A stretch of 64,000 bases of DNA from Candidatus Zhuqueibacterota bacterium (lineage in GTDB: Bacteria > BS750m-G25). The notes below the pieces were generated by a model. That model saw only the letters and a list, made by a program, of their open reading frames with translations, had not been told where the DNA came from and made no database searches. Shown here piece after piece: positions 22,490-32,378 of this stretch (positions within the stretch are counted from its first letter, which is position 1; each line of letters opens with the position of its first letter). The stretch spans positions 62,001 to 126,000 of the forward strand of contig JADHWK010000001.1 of the NCBI GenBank assembly GCA_016783505.1, read 5' to 3'. The translations under genes were made by a program, and so were the position numbers.

Positions 22490-22509
22490 AGTTTGTTTAT
22501 ATCTCTTTT

Positions 22510-22546
22510 ACAATGTATACAAAGTATATCAGTTTGTATACATTGT
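22510..22546. promoter_or_regulatory. Perfect 14-bp inverted repeat upstream of fic, putative operator
   Basis: ACAATGTATACAAA-N9-TTTGTATACATTGT, 20 bp before the fic start. Confidence 0.5.
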
Positions 22547-22709
22547 GTCAATGAATGTTTACAAAGTTAGTAAAAGTGTCGAAGTGAGTTTTTTAAGTCA
22601 AAATTTTTTCTCTATTGTAGTGTTTATTACGGTTTTGCTTTGTTTCCTCTTTTCGTCGTGGTTTAAATAATCTATCTATAAAATTATCAAAGGATAAAAA
22701 ATTTATTTC

Positions 22710-22854
22710 ACATAACGTCCCGGCATACCCGAAGTTGCGCGGTCGAAGGCGCCCAAGGTGAGCAAACTCCGCTTGCGAACCATGGTTGTGCCATCCTGGC
22801 CGAGCAATTTGGGCGAAGGTGCGTAGCACTGAAACCAGATACACGCTGTTATGC
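22710..22854 (-). repeat. attC site B
   Basis: Minus strand GCATAAC...GTTATGT; motifs GCATACCCGAAGT, ATTTGGGCGAAGG, CTGAAACCAGATACAC; GC-rich inside AT-rich DNA. Confidence 0.8.
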
Positions 22855-23355
22855 GATATCGAGTTTATAATCTCATAGGATTATCAAATCTGTCTTTCAT
22901 GATATCAGAAGATAGTGTATAACCGAGAGATTATAATAGCTCCACTTTCCCATAATAGTGTAGATGAAAAAGTCCATAAAATAGTGTATCGCCATGCCCA
23001 ATAAGATGATGCGAGCTATCCACGCCAGATAGTAATACCAGGTTTTAGAATAATCCGAATGCTGGGGAAAGAGTCAAGTTTTCAAACTATGTCCTCATCG
23101 ACGGTCAATCAAGTTAATAGCTATCACTATTGCGAGAAATTCTATAGTATGAAAAGCATGCAGTATTTTCAAACCAGGTGGCGGTACTTGCAAGAAGCCT
23201 GGTTGATTTGTAAGGAGGAAATGATCCAAATCTATCCAGGCAATTGTAATTACTAAAGGCAATGCCTTTTGCCAACCGATACGACGCAATACCAAGATCC
23301 AACATATGGTGGCTACAATTGCACCAACACCAATTCCGATAATTTTTGTTATCAC
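22849..23355 (-). pseudogene. Cassette membrane protein, metal-dependent hydrolase-like, interrupted by in-frame TGAs
   Basis: GTG at 23355; IDLDH, HAFHTIE, IHYFMD motifs in one frame; TGAs at 23095, 23074, 22897 and 22873; TAA at 22849. Confidence 0.6.
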
Positions 23356-23381
23356 ATTTTCACTTCCTTTTACTCGATTTC

Positions 23382-23470
23382 GCACAACGGAACGAGCGTA
23401 TCTGAAGTCCCGACAAAAGTCGGGATTTGGGTGGAGGCTGAAAGCTGAAGCCAGAAATCTATAGTTAGGC
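23382..23470 (-). repeat. attC site C
   Basis: Minus strand GCCTAAC...GTTGTGC; motifs GCGTATCTGAAGT, CCCGAC-AAAA-GTCGGG, ATTTGGGTGGAGG, CTGAAGCCAGA. Confidence 0.8.
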
Positions 23471-23491
23471 GAAGTAAAGCCTTATTTAGAA

Positions 23492-23779
23492 CTACTCAAT
23501 TTTATCTTTAATATCGTATAGTTTTTTAATATTATTTTTCGTACGAATATAGCTACTCAGACCTAATAATGATACTAATAATGATATTGAAAGTAAAATA
23601 ATTCCTAATATAAGAATAAAAAAATCTGATCCAAATATCTTTATTAACCCGATACCTGAGGCCATTAACATTATTGCTGTACGGAAATATGCTAGCATTG
23701 TTCTTTGATTTGCAAGTTTTGTTCTATCTATTGCAAGATAATCTCGTAAAATTATTTCCGATTTATTTTGATCTTTCAT
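23492..23779 (-). CDS. DUF202 (YidH-like) small membrane protein, cassette-borne
   Basis: RDYLAIDRTKLANQRTMLAYFRT followed by two hydrophobic segments. Confidence 0.85.
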   Translation of the reverse strand: MKDQNKSEIILRDYLAIDRTKLANQRTMLAYFRTAIMLMASGIGLIKIFGSDFFILILGIILLSISLLVSLLGLSSYIRTKNNIKKLYDIKDKIE

Positions 23780-23832
23780 TAAACCCCCTTTTAATGCAAT
23801 AAACAATTAAGATATTATATGGGCTTTATTTT

Positions 23833-23941
23833 GCCTAACTTAAAATAACCGAACTACTTCTTTTATGCTCCCAAATTGGTATATTTTGTCCCGATAACAT
23901 CGGGATTTATGCACGACTCTAAGTGAAACCTAAAGTTGTAA
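23833..23941 (-). repeat. Degenerate att site (attC or attI remnant) at the head of the array
   Basis: Ends in GTTAGGC (minus strand, 23833-23839); internal TCCCGAT-AAC-ATCGGGA hairpin similar to site C. Confidence 0.5.
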
Positions 23942-24000
23942 CTTTTTGTTGCTGTCATTTTCTTTCAACACTAAACTAAATTTATTTTTGACATTTCGAC

Positions 24001-24564
24001 CTATTTGGGGGCTTTGCCCTTCTTCTTCAAGTTCATTCCGTATTCATAACCCCGGTCGAAGGCCTTCAGGTTCAGCTCTTCCGTCCCTTTGGGCACCGTG
24101 GTTTTCACCGCCTCCCTCATCGCTTTGGCGCTGATAATGCCCGTCATAGCGGTGAAGAACCCCACCATCACGATATTCAGAACGATCTTTCTCCCCAACT
24201 CCTCAGCAATACGGGTAGCAGGGATAGCGAATTGCTTTATTTTTTCCCTGGGTTTTTTGGGCTTCACCAGATCCTTCTCGATGAGGAGCAATCCGTTCTC
24301 ATCCAGTTCAGGCTCAAACTTTGTGTAAGCCTCCTGGGACATCACCACCATAATATCAGGAACGGTGACATAGGGGTAGAGAATCTGATCATCCGAGATC
24401 AGCACCTGGGCACTACAGGCGCTCCCCCTGGCCTCGGGGCCAAAGCTCTGGGTTAGGGTGGCACTCTTGTTGTCGAATATGGTAGCCGCCTTGCCGATAA
24501 TGATGCCCGACAGGATAACCCCCTGTCCTCCAAAACCCCCGATCTTTAACTCAGTCGTGCTCAT
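24001..24564 (-). CDS. korC: 2-oxoacid:ferredoxin oxidoreductase gamma subunit (set 2)
   Basis: GGFGGQG, SFGPEARG. Confidence 0.9.
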   Translation of the reverse strand: MSTTELKIGGFGGQGVILSGIIIGKAATIFDNKSATLTQSFGPEARGSACSAQVLISDDQILYPYVTVPDIMVVMSQEAYTKFEPELDENGLLLIEKDLVKPKKPREKIKQFAIPATRIAEELGRKIVLNIVMVGFFTAMTGIISAKAMREAVKTTVPKGTEELNLKAFDRGYEYGMNLKKKGKAPK

Positions 24565-25426
24565 TGGACCCTCCATAGGGTTGAAATTTTTCCCCCAGCG
24601 CTTTTTTCATCTGGGCGTTCCACGATTCTAAAAAAGTGGGTCTTTCTCTGTCAACAAACTTCCCCACCACCATCGGCTTCTGGAATTCAATGTCCAGCTC
24701 CCTGGTATCTGCCCCATGTTTGATAACGCTGCTTTCGTGGTAAAACTTCATAAGGTCAAGGCCGGTGCCCAGCTTATTCCTCCGGGCATAAAGGGTCGAA
24801 CACGGACAGATAACCTCCACAACGGAAAAACCCGGTTTGTTTAGAGCCTCAACCATGGACTTTGTCAACCGCCTGATATGAAGGGCCGTCCATCTGGCCA
24901 CATAGACCGCGCCGCAGGAATCGGCAAGATATGGGATGCTAAATGGCGTCTCGAAGCAACCGTAGGGGCTGGTGGTGGCCAGGGCTGTTAAGGGGGTGGT
25001 GGGGGCCACCTGCCCCCCGGTCATGGCATAATTGAAATTATTAACACAGATCACCGTAATATCAATGTTTCTCCGGGCGGCGTGAATGAAATGATTCCCC
25101 CCGATTGCCACAATATCCCCGTCCCCGCTGAAGACCACCACTTTAAGTTCCGGGTTGCCCAGTTTGAGCCCGGTGGCGAAGGGAATGGGCCTTCCGTGGG
25201 TAGTGTGGAAGGAGTCCAGTTTGACATATCCGGCAACCCTCCCCGTGCAACCGATCCCGGAGACCACCACTACCTTGTCAAGCGGATAGTCAATCTTTTC
25301 CAGGGCGGTGATGAAACAGGATACTGCCGTCCCAATCCCGCAGGTAGGGCACCATATATGGGGCATCCTGTCCATTCTCAGGAGGGCCTCCATGGGGTGT
25401 TCTGGCTTCAGTCGCTCTTTGTTCAT
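24551..25426 (-). CDS. korB: 2-oxoacid:ferredoxin oxidoreductase beta subunit (set 2)
   Basis: WCPTCG, SGIGC, GDGD...NNFNYAMTGGQ. Confidence 0.92.
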   Translation of the reverse strand: MNKERLKPEHPMEALLRMDRMPHIWCPTCGIGTAVSCFITALEKIDYPLDKVVVVSGIGCTGRVAGYVKLDSFHTTHGRPIPFATGLKLGNPELKVVVFSGDGDIVAIGGNHFIHAARRNIDITVICVNNFNYAMTGGQVAPTTPLTALATTSPYGCFETPFSIPYLADSCGAVYVARWTALHIRRLTKSMVEALNKPGFSVVEVICPCSTLYARRNKLGTGLDLMKFYHESSVIKHGADTRELDIEFQKPMVVGKFVDRERPTFLESWNAQMKKALGEKFQPYGGSNEHD

Positions 25427-26580
25427 TTGGCCGCCTCCATGATTCTCTCATATATCTGTTCCGGTTTATGCACTGTCCCCCCTCCGTGGGGCGCCAGGAG
25501 AACCTTCGCCTTCCCCGCTACGCACCTTTCAAGCTCTAAAACCACCTGTCCGTAATTCATCTCCGGCATCACAAAAGCCTTCACCTTATCCGCCAGCTGG
25601 CGGATCCTTTCTTCGGGGAAGGGCCAGACAACGATCAGCCGCATCATTCCCACTTTCAGACCCTTCTCCCGGGCCATCTGCACCGCCCGAAGCGCCACCC
25701 GGTGAGTGATGCCGTAAGAGATAACAACGACCTCGGCCCCATCCACCTGATCTTCCTCATAAATCCAGATGTCCCTTGCGTTCCGGCGGATTTTGTCAAT
25801 CAACCTGTGTACCAGGGTCTCCTGGCATTCAGCGCTCATAACCGGATACCCCCTTTCGTCATGGGTCAATCCGGTTACGTGGAAACGATAGCCGTCACCA
25901 ACCTTGACCATGGGGGGAACCAGGTCTGGATCAGGCTTGAAGGGAAGATATTCCTCAGGGGGGAGGGTAGTATACCGTCTGGGAACCACTTCAATCTGGT
26001 CGGCTGGGGGAATAACAACCTTTTCGGTCATGTGGCCCACGCATTCGTCCATCATGAACATCACCGGCACCCGGTATCTCTCCGACAGGTTAAAGGCATC
26101 AATCATAAAATCGAAACACTCCTGGGGAGAATTGGGGCAGAGGGAGATCAATTCATAGTCCCCGTGTGAGCCCCAGCGGGCCTGCATCATGTCCGCCTGA
26201 CCGGGCAGGGTGGGCAGCCCCGTGGAGGGCCCTCCCCGCTGGACGTTAACGAAGACACAGGGGGTCTCTAACATCGCCCCCAGACCTATATGCTCCATCA
26301 TCAACGAGAACCCGGGGCCCGAAGTCACCGTCATGGACTTCAATCCCGCCCACGAGGCCCCGAGGATGGCAATGGAAGAAGCCAGCTCGTCCTCCATCTG
26401 GATAAATATCCCCCCCACTAAGGGTATCCTCTCGGCGAACCGCTCAACAACTTCTGTTGAGGGTGTGATGGGGTACCCGGCGGCAAAGCGGCAGCCGGCT
26501 GCCAGGGCTCCCTCGCAACAAGCATGGTCTCCATCTAAGAAATAGGATCCGGTCAGGACTCCCTTTGGATCAACTTTCAA
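25423..26580 (-). CDS. korA: 2-oxoacid:ferredoxin oxidoreductase alpha subunit (set 2)
   Basis: YPITP, QMEDEL, TSGPG, RGGPSTG. Confidence 0.92.
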   Translation of the reverse strand: MKVDPKGVLTGSYFLDGDHACCEGALAAGCRFAAGYPITPSTEVVERFAERIPLVGGIFIQMEDELASSIAILGASWAGLKSMTVTSGPGFSLMMEHIGLGAMLETPCVFVNVQRGGPSTGLPTLPGQADMMQARWGSHGDYELISLCPNSPQECFDFMIDAFNLSERYRVPVMFMMDECVGHMTEKVVIPPADQIEVVPRRYTTLPPEEYLPFKPDPDLVPPMVKVGDGYRFHVTGLTHDERGYPVMSAECQETLVHRLIDKIRRNARDIWIYEEDQVDGAEVVVISYGITHRVALRAVQMAREKGLKVGMMRLIVVWPFPEERIRQLADKVKAFVMPEMNYGQVVLELERCVAGKAKVLLAPHGGGTVHKPEQIYERIMEAAK

Positions 26581-26848
26581 CGCTCTCTACCTCCTCTTTT
26601 GTTGTTACGAATATGGCAAATTCAGGACAAATCGCCTCACAGAGCCTGCAGTCTGCACACCCCTCTTCGTCCTTCACATAAGGGGGGTGGTATCCCTTGA
26701 TGTTGAATTCATCGGAAAGCTCAAGCACCTCCCTGGGGCAGTACTCTACACAGAACCCACATCCTTTGCAACGATCTTTGATGATGTGAAGTTCACCATG
26801 GGGTATCTTTAGTCTGTCAATGTCCAACGGGGTACGCCAGAGTTTCAT
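26570..26848 (-). CDS. korD: Ferredoxin, oxidoreductase delta subunit (set 2)
   Basis: CKGCGFCVEYCP and CADCRLCEAICP. Confidence 0.88.
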   Translation of the reverse strand: MKLWRTPLDIDRLKIPHGELHIIKDRCKGCGFCVEYCPREVLELSDEFNIKGYHPPYVKDEEGCADCRLCEAICPEFAIFVTTKEEVESVES

Positions 26849-26870
26849 GGGATTACCCTATTTATGATGT

Positions 26871-27737
26871 TTATAAAACTTCTTTGACCTCTTCTCCAAT
26901 TTCCGCCGGGCTTTCGCAGACGAAGGCACCGGCCTGTTTTAATCTTGCGATCTTCTCGGCTGCCGTCCCTTTCCCCCCAGCGATAATGGCCCCGGCGTGG
27001 CCCATCCGTCGGCCCGGCGGAGCGGTCAGGCCGGCCACGAAGGCCACCACCGGTTTGGTGATGTTCTCTTCGATAAATTCTGCCGCTTCCTCCTCGGCCG
27101 TTCCCCCAATTTCTCCGATCAGGACAACAGCATCCGTCTCCCGATCGCGCTCGAACAGTTCCAGTAGATCCACGAAGGTGGATCCAATAACGGGATCCCC
27201 ACCGATTCCGATGCAGGTGGATTGACCGATGCCCAGTTGGGTCAACTGGAAGACAGCTTCGTAGGTCAGCGTACCCGACCGGGAGATGACCCCCACGTTC
27301 CCTTCTTTATGAATAAAACCAGGCATGATTCCCACCTTGGCCTTGCCCGGAGAAATGACGCCCGGACAGTTGGGACCCACCATTCTGGTGGACTGACCCC
27401 TCAGATAATTATGCACCTTTATCATATCTTTTGTGGGAATACCCTCGGTGATGCACACCGTCAGGGCCACCCCGGAGGCGGCCGCCTCCATCACCGCGTC
27501 GGCGGCGAAGGATGCCGGGACGAAGATGACCGATGTGTTAGCCCCGGTCTCGGTGATTGCTTCGCTGACCGTATTAAAAATGGGGACTCCCTGGGTCTTT
27601 AGCCCCCCTTTCCCCGGAGTCACCCCGGCCACCACCTGCGTCCCGTATTCGATCATCCGGGCGGTATGAAAAGACCCCTCCCCACCGGTGATCCCCTGCA
27701 CCACAACTCTCGTATCCTTGTCAACTAAAATGCTCAA
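26871..27737 (-). CDS. sucD: Succinyl-CoA synthetase alpha subunit
   Basis: QGITG, GPNCPG, SRSGTL, MGHAGA phospho-His motif. Confidence 0.97.
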   Translation of the reverse strand: MSILVDKDTRVVVQGITGGEGSFHTARMIEYGTQVVAGVTPGKGGLKTQGVPIFNTVSEAITETGANTSVIFVPASFAADAVMEAAASGVALTVCITEGIPTKDMIKVHNYLRGQSTRMVGPNCPGVISPGKAKVGIMPGFIHKEGNVGVISRSGTLTYEAVFQLTQLGIGQSTCIGIGGDPVIGSTFVDLLELFERDRETDAVVLIGEIGGTAEEEAAEFIEENITKPVVAFVAGLTAPPGRRMGHAGAIIAGGKGTAAEKIARLKQAGAFVCESPAEIGEEVKEVL

Positions 27738-27786
27738 TATAAAAACCCCTCCAAATAGCGGACAATCCTAAGAAATTAAGAAATCC

Positions 27787-28053
27787 TCAAAAAGGGCTTC
27801 CTTGCTTAGTTGTAACAGCAATGATTGTAATTAACCTGTCTCGGTCATCAATTGAATAATACAGTCGGTAATTACGCCCAACCCAGACTCACCAAAGATT
27901 TGAATATGCTTCCAATCTCTTACATCCTCTTGGACGTGGATTTGATTTAAGATCCTGTATTATTTGGTCAACTTGAAGAAGAACATGTCTGGGAAGACGG
28001 GCAATCTGTTTATCCACCCTTTTATTCTTCGTTTGGATCCTGTATTTAGTCAA
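27787..28053 (-). pseudogene. RelE/ParE-family toxin with an internal stop
   Basis: Manual translation ...NPRPRGCKRLEAYSNLW*VWVGRNYRLYYSIDD...; TGA at 27889-27891 where the family has Arg. Confidence 0.75.
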
Positions 28054-28270
28054 CCTTTAACCACTCCTGCACAAGCTCATCCCAGTCCGAACCTTCGCTA
28101 TTGTCTTTTAATACTTCTTGAATATAGGCATGAAGTTCAGGGGGCTCGATCTCCTCAGTAATATTTTGCAACCAGAGTTCCAAAGCTCTTTTACTTATCC
28201 TCCAAATACGCCCGATTTTCCTGGCCGGAATGACCCCTTTCTCAAGTTGGGCATAAAGAGTCCGAAAACG
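28046..28270 (-). pseudogene. 5'-truncated antitoxin with excisionase-type HTH
   Basis: RTLYAQLEKGVIPARKIGRIWRISKRALELWL...SDWDELVQEWLKVD*; overlaps the toxin start; no start codon. Confidence 0.6.
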
Positions 28271-28279
28271 TTCTGATTA

Positions 28280-29440
28280 TTATCCTATTGACCGTACCAC
28301 CTTCTCCGCCGCATCCTGAAAGCTATCCGCCACGATAAACTTCAGTGGGGATGTCCCCAAAAGCTTAACCGCCTCTTCAGCATTGGTTCCCTCCAGTCGG
28401 ACAACTACTGGGAATTCGACGCCGATTTTGGAGGCCGCCTCTACCACCCCCTGGGCCACCCGGTCGCAGCGGACGATTCCCCCGAAGATATTGATGAGCA
28501 CCGCTTTTACGTTGGGGTCGGACAGAATGATCCTGAAGCCGTTCTCCACCGCTTCAGGGGAAGCCCCCCCCCCTACATCCAGAAAGTTGGCCGGTTCCCC
28601 CCCGGCTAGCTTGATAATATCCATGGTAGCCATGGCCAGTCCCGCTCCATTGACCATGCAGCCCACGTTACCATCCAGTTTTATGTAGCTAAGATTATAT
28701 TTTGACGCTTCAATCTCCGAGGGTTCCTCTTCGTTCAAATCCCTCATCCCCTGGGCCTCCGGATGCCGGTAGAGGGCATTATCATCAAAGTTAATCTTGG
28801 CATCCAGGGCCAGCACCCGGCCACCCTTGATAACCGCTAAGGGATTAATCTCAGCCAAGGAGCAATCGCATTCTTCAAAAACCCGGTAAAGCCCGGTCAA
28901 GAACTGCACCCCGGACTTAACCTGATCCCCCTCAAGTCCCAATTGATAGGCCATTTTTCGAGCCTGGAAGGGTTGCAGTCCCACACCCAGGTCAATATAT
29001 TCCTTGAAGATCTTTTCCGGGCTTTCGGCGGCCACCTGTTCGATCTCCACCCCGCCCTCGGTGGAAACCATGAACACATTCTGGGATCTGGATCGGTCCA
29101 ACACAATCCCGGCGTAGAGCTCCCGCCCGATGTCCATCCCCTCTTCCACCAGCACCTTCTGGACCTCTTTCCCCTCCGATCCCGTCTGATGGGTGACCAG
29201 TTTCATTCCCAGCATGTTCCCGGCGATCTCCTTCACCTCGGCCGGGCTTTGCGCCAGTTTGATTCCCCCCCCCTTGCCCCGACCGCCGGCGTGGATCTGG
29301 GCCTTGACCACTACGGTCCCCCCCCCCAATTCTTGGGCCACCTTTTCCGCCTCATCAAGGCTAAAGGCCACCCTACCCTTTGGTACATCCACACCGAATC
29401 TCTTGAGAATTTCTTTGGCTTGATATTCGTGGATCTTCAC
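28280..29440 (-). CDS. sucC: Succinyl-CoA synthetase beta subunit
   Basis: [33 protein letters not shown] at 29440. Confidence 0.97.
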   Translation of the reverse strand: MKIHEYQAKEILKRFGVDVPKGRVAFSLDEAEKVAQELGGGTVVVKAQIHAGGRGKGGGIKLAQSPAEVKEIAGNMLGMKLVTHQTGSEGKEVQKVLVEEGMDIGRELYAGIVLDRSRSQNVFMVSTEGGVEIEQVAAESPEKIFKEYIDLGVGLQPFQARKMAYQLGLEGDQVKSGVQFLTGLYRVFEECDCSLAEINPLAVIKGGRVLALDAKINFDDNALYRHPEAQGMRDLNEEEPSEIEASKYNLSYIKLDGNVGCMVNGAGLAMATMDIIKLAGGEPANFLDVGGGASPEAVENGFRIILSDPNVKAVLINIFGGIVRCDRVAQGVVEAASKIGVEFPVVVRLEGTNAEEAVKLLGTSPLKFIVADSFQDAAEKVVRSIG

Positions 29441-29474
29441 CGTCTCCCCTTCAAAAACTTGACAATGTAACCCA

Positions 29475-29908
29475 TCACTCAACCTTACCAGCTAATTCAT
29501 CAAGCATAATCTGATGATATTCATCTAAATAGTGTTTAAAATCCCAATATTCTTTTTGAATCGGGGTGTTAAAGTATTCCTGAAAATCCGGGTCATGGGA
29601 AAATAAAACCTCCCCTTTTGAGATCAAATTATAATTGAAAGTCAAAGGGTGTCATCAACAACCCGCAGGTCAATCCTGGCCTCCCCAAATACAGCCTCAA
29701 AGGGTTCAGAGATAACGGTCATTTGCCGGAGAAAATCCTTGGTTGATTTCCCCTTGCCAATCACCACCGCCAGGTCAATGTCGCTTTCCCCATGGGGGTA
29801 ACCTTCAACAAGCGATCCGTAGAGATAAATTATCATCACCTCTGGATTATCAGCGGCTACGCTTTTGGCAATCCGCCGTAATTTTTGAATTTTTTGTTTC
29901 CTATTCAT
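29475..29908 (-). pseudogene. Frameshifted MNT (minimal nucleotidyltransferase) antitoxin without a HEPN partner
   Basis: YLYGS...SDIDLAV; frame breaks near 29645 and continues as LTFNYNLISKGEVLF...EYWDFKHYLDEY. Confidence 0.7.
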
Positions 29909-29909
29909 C

Positions 29910-30860
29910 CTAATTCAAAATTTTAGTCCCCGCCTCTCCCGAGATGGCATCCACCACCTTGTCAATCGAAGTGACAATAACCTTCTCCCCTCCCCATCCC
30001 AGAAAGTTGATGGCTGCTTTGATCTTGGGGCCCATGCTCCCGTAGGGAAAATGGCCCTCGTGAAGATATTGTCTCGCTTCCTCCCGCCCAAGCTCGTCCA
30101 GCCAGACCTGATCAGGTTTCCCATAGTTTAAAGCCACCTTTTCCACGTCGGTGAGAATGATCAACTCCTCGGCCCCGATGTCCCGGGCCAAGACAGCGGA
30201 GGCTAAGTCCTTATCAATCACCGCATCCACCCCCTCGTAACACCCGTCGTCCTCCACATAAACCGGAATGCCACCCCCCCCGGCGGTGATTACCACCGTC
30301 CCCCCGGCAACCAGATCCTTTATCGTCCGTCGGTTGATAATCTGAAGCGGATTGGGGGAGGGAACCACCCGTCGCCATCCCCGGCCCTTGTCCTCTTTAA
30401 CCACCCAACTGGACCGGGCAGCCATCCCTTTGGCCTCCTCTTCGGTATAAAACTGCCCGATATATTTGGTGGGATTTTGGATGGAAGAATCATCCTTATC
30501 CACTACCACCTGTGTGACGATGGTCACCACCCCCCGGTCTATCCCCGCCAGATTTAGTCCGTTCTGAAGAGACTGCTCAATCATGTAGCCCATTCCCCCC
30601 TGGATGTCGGCCACACATATCCCTAAGGGAAGGATGGGGGCTTTCCCCCGGGCCAGCTCCACCCGGAGGAGGGCATTGCCAACCTGGGGCCCGTTGCCGT
30701 GGGTGATAGCCAGGTTATACCCTTCCCGGATCAGTTCAATAATGGCCTTTAGACTCTGCCGAGTATGCCGAAATTGATTGGGGATGGTATCCTCCTCCGC
30801 TATCGGGGAAATGGCGTTTCCCCCCAGGGCTACCACAGCGGTTTTTTGATCCGATTTCAA
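29910..30860 (-). CDS. arcC: Carbamate kinase
   Basis: VVALGGNAI, THGNGPQVG, RRVVPSP, AVIDKD, GSMGPK. Confidence 0.95.
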   Translation of the reverse strand: MKSDQKTAVVALGGNAISPIAEEDTIPNQFRHTRQSLKAIIELIREGYNLAITHGNGPQVGNALLRVELARGKAPILPLGICVADIQGGMGYMIEQSLQNGLNLAGIDRGVVTIVTQVVVDKDDSSIQNPTKYIGQFYTEEEAKGMAARSSWVVKEDKGRGWRRVVPSPNPLQIINRRTIKDLVAGGTVVITAGGGGIPVYVEDDGCYEGVDAVIDKDLASAVLARDIGAEELIILTDVEKVALNYGKPDQVWLDELGREEARQYLHEGHFPYGSMGPKIKAAINFLGWGGEKVIVTSIDKVVDAISGEAGTKILN

Positions 30861-30863
30861 GGG

Positions 30864-32180
30864 TTAATCCGTTAACTTCGCTAAAATATCTTTCAGATCG
30901 GGTTTGCCGATCTCTTCCAGCTCATAGGTCACCCGAACCGTAGGTTTTCCAATTTCAATGACCCGGCGGAGGTCAATAGGAGTAGCGATGATTACCGCCC
31001 CCGCATCCGTCCGACGGATGGTTTCCTCCAGTTCACCCATCTGGTGTTCACCATAACCCATGGCTGGAAGCAGAGCACCAATATCCGGATATTTTTCAAA
31101 GGCTTCCGCAATTGATCCGGTAGCAAAAGGCCGGGGATCTACCAATTCTTTTGCTCCATATTTTTCCGCCGCCAAAACACCGGCACCATAGGTCATCCCC
31201 CCATGGGTCAGGGTGGGGCCATCCTCAACGACCAGCACCTTTTTATCCCGAATAATGGATGGATCCTCTACATAAATTGGGGAAGCCGCCTCTATAATGA
31301 GGGCGGTCGGGTTCAGCCTACGAATATTTTCCCGCACCTCCTCCACATCCTCGGGATAGGCGGTGTCCACCTTATTAATGACCACCGCATCGGCCATCCG
31401 CAGGTTGCTCTCCCCGGGGTAATGGGTGATTTCATGACCAGGCCGGTGGGGATCGGCCACCGTGATATGAATAGCCGGTTGATAAAAAGGGAGATCATTA
31501 TTTCCTCCATCCCAGACGATGATGTCGGCCTCGGATTCCGCTTCTTTTAGAATCGCCCCATAATCCACCCCAGCGAAGACCACGTTGCCCTGTAGGATGT
31601 GGGGTTCATATTCCTCCATCTCCTCGATGGTGCACTGGTATCGTTCCAAGTCATCTAGGGTTGCAAAGCGCTGTACCCGCTGCTTGACCAAATCGCCGTA
31701 GGGCATAGGGTGACGAACAACAGCGATCTTTTTCCCCGCCTCTTTCAGGATCTCACATACCCTGCGGGTAGTCTGGCTTTTCCCGCTGCCGGTACGCACG
31801 GCGCAAATAGCCACCACCGGTTTGACACTTTTCAGCATGGTACGGGCAGCGCCCATCAGCCGGAAGTCCGCCCCTGACTGAATGACCTGACTGGCCTTAT
31901 GCATGACGTATTCGTGGGAGACATCGCTGTAGGAGAACACCACCTCATCCACTTTATATGTATGGATCAGGTCGGGCAGTTCTTCCTCAGGATAAATGGG
32001 AATGCCGTCAGGATAAAGAGAGCCGGCCAGTTGGGCTGGATATTTTCGGTCTTGGATATCCGGGATCTGAGTCGCGGTGAAGGCCACCACCTCGTAGTCT
32101 TGGTTGTCCCGGAAGAAGGTGTTGAAGTTATGAAAATCCCGCCCGGCAGCCCCCATGATTAGAACCTTAGTTTTAGCCAT
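30864..32180 (-). CDS. Cyclic 2,3-diphosphoglycerate synthetase family P-loop protein, probable arginine synthetase (ArcE-like)
   Basis: GAAGRDFHNFN, AVRTGSGKS, RHPMPYG, WDGGNND, EDGPTLTHG; directly upstream of arcC. Confidence 0.75.
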   Translation of the reverse strand: MAKTKVLIMGAAGRDFHNFNTFFRDNQDYEVVAFTATQIPDIQDRKYPAQLAGSLYPDGIPIYPEEELPDLIHTYKVDEVVFSYSDVSHEYVMHKASQVIQSGADFRLMGAARTMLKSVKPVVAICAVRTGSGKSQTTRRVCEILKEAGKKIAVVRHPMPYGDLVKQRVQRFATLDDLERYQCTIEEMEEYEPHILQGNVVFAGVDYGAILKEAESEADIIVWDGGNNDLPFYQPAIHITVADPHRPGHEITHYPGESNLRMADAVVINKVDTAYPEDVEEVRENIRRLNPTALIIEAASPIYVEDPSIIRDKKVLVVEDGPTLTHGGMTYGAGVLAAEKYGAKELVDPRPFATGSIAEAFEKYPDIGALLPAMGYGEHQMGELEETIRRTDAGAVIIATPIDLRRVIEIGKPTVRVTYELEEIGKPDLKDILAKLTD

Positions 32181-32349
32181 CTAAAAAGTCCCAATAAGTT
32201 CTTCCAGTGCTCTTTCTACCCCCGAAAGAAATTGACGACATTTTTTCTCTATATTTTGGACTTCCTCTCGGACAAAAGTATGATAATCCTCATAATCCCC
32301 GCTCGTCCTTTTTTCAAAACTGGCATCTAGAATTTTAGATAGCCTCCGA
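32181..32349 (-). pseudogene. C-terminal remnant of a HEPN protein
   Basis: RRLSKILDASFEKRTSGDYEDYHTFVREEVQ...FL* with the Rxx(x)DY motif. Confidence 0.55.
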
Positions 32350-32378
32350 TTGATCATAAGGGAACAAATTTTTTAGGG

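Larger units (their letters stand above)
21020..23941 (-). mobile_element. Integron-type gene cassette array without an integrase in the window (CALIN-like)
   Basis: AT-rich block of three co-oriented genes, each bounded by complementary GTTRRRY/RYYYAAC cores. Confidence 0.75.

Noticed and set aside
22593-22844. 83-aa ORF
   Set aside because: It runs through attC site B and the fic leader and has no protein features
21020-23941. CRISPR array or structured ncRNA explanation for the recurring motifs
   Set aside because: Repeats differ in length, are separated by whole genes and carry paired integron core sites
27889-27891. In-frame TGA in the RelE-like gene as selenocysteine
   Set aside because: It aligns to Arg rather than Cys, the neighbouring Arg is also mutated, and the antitoxin is truncated
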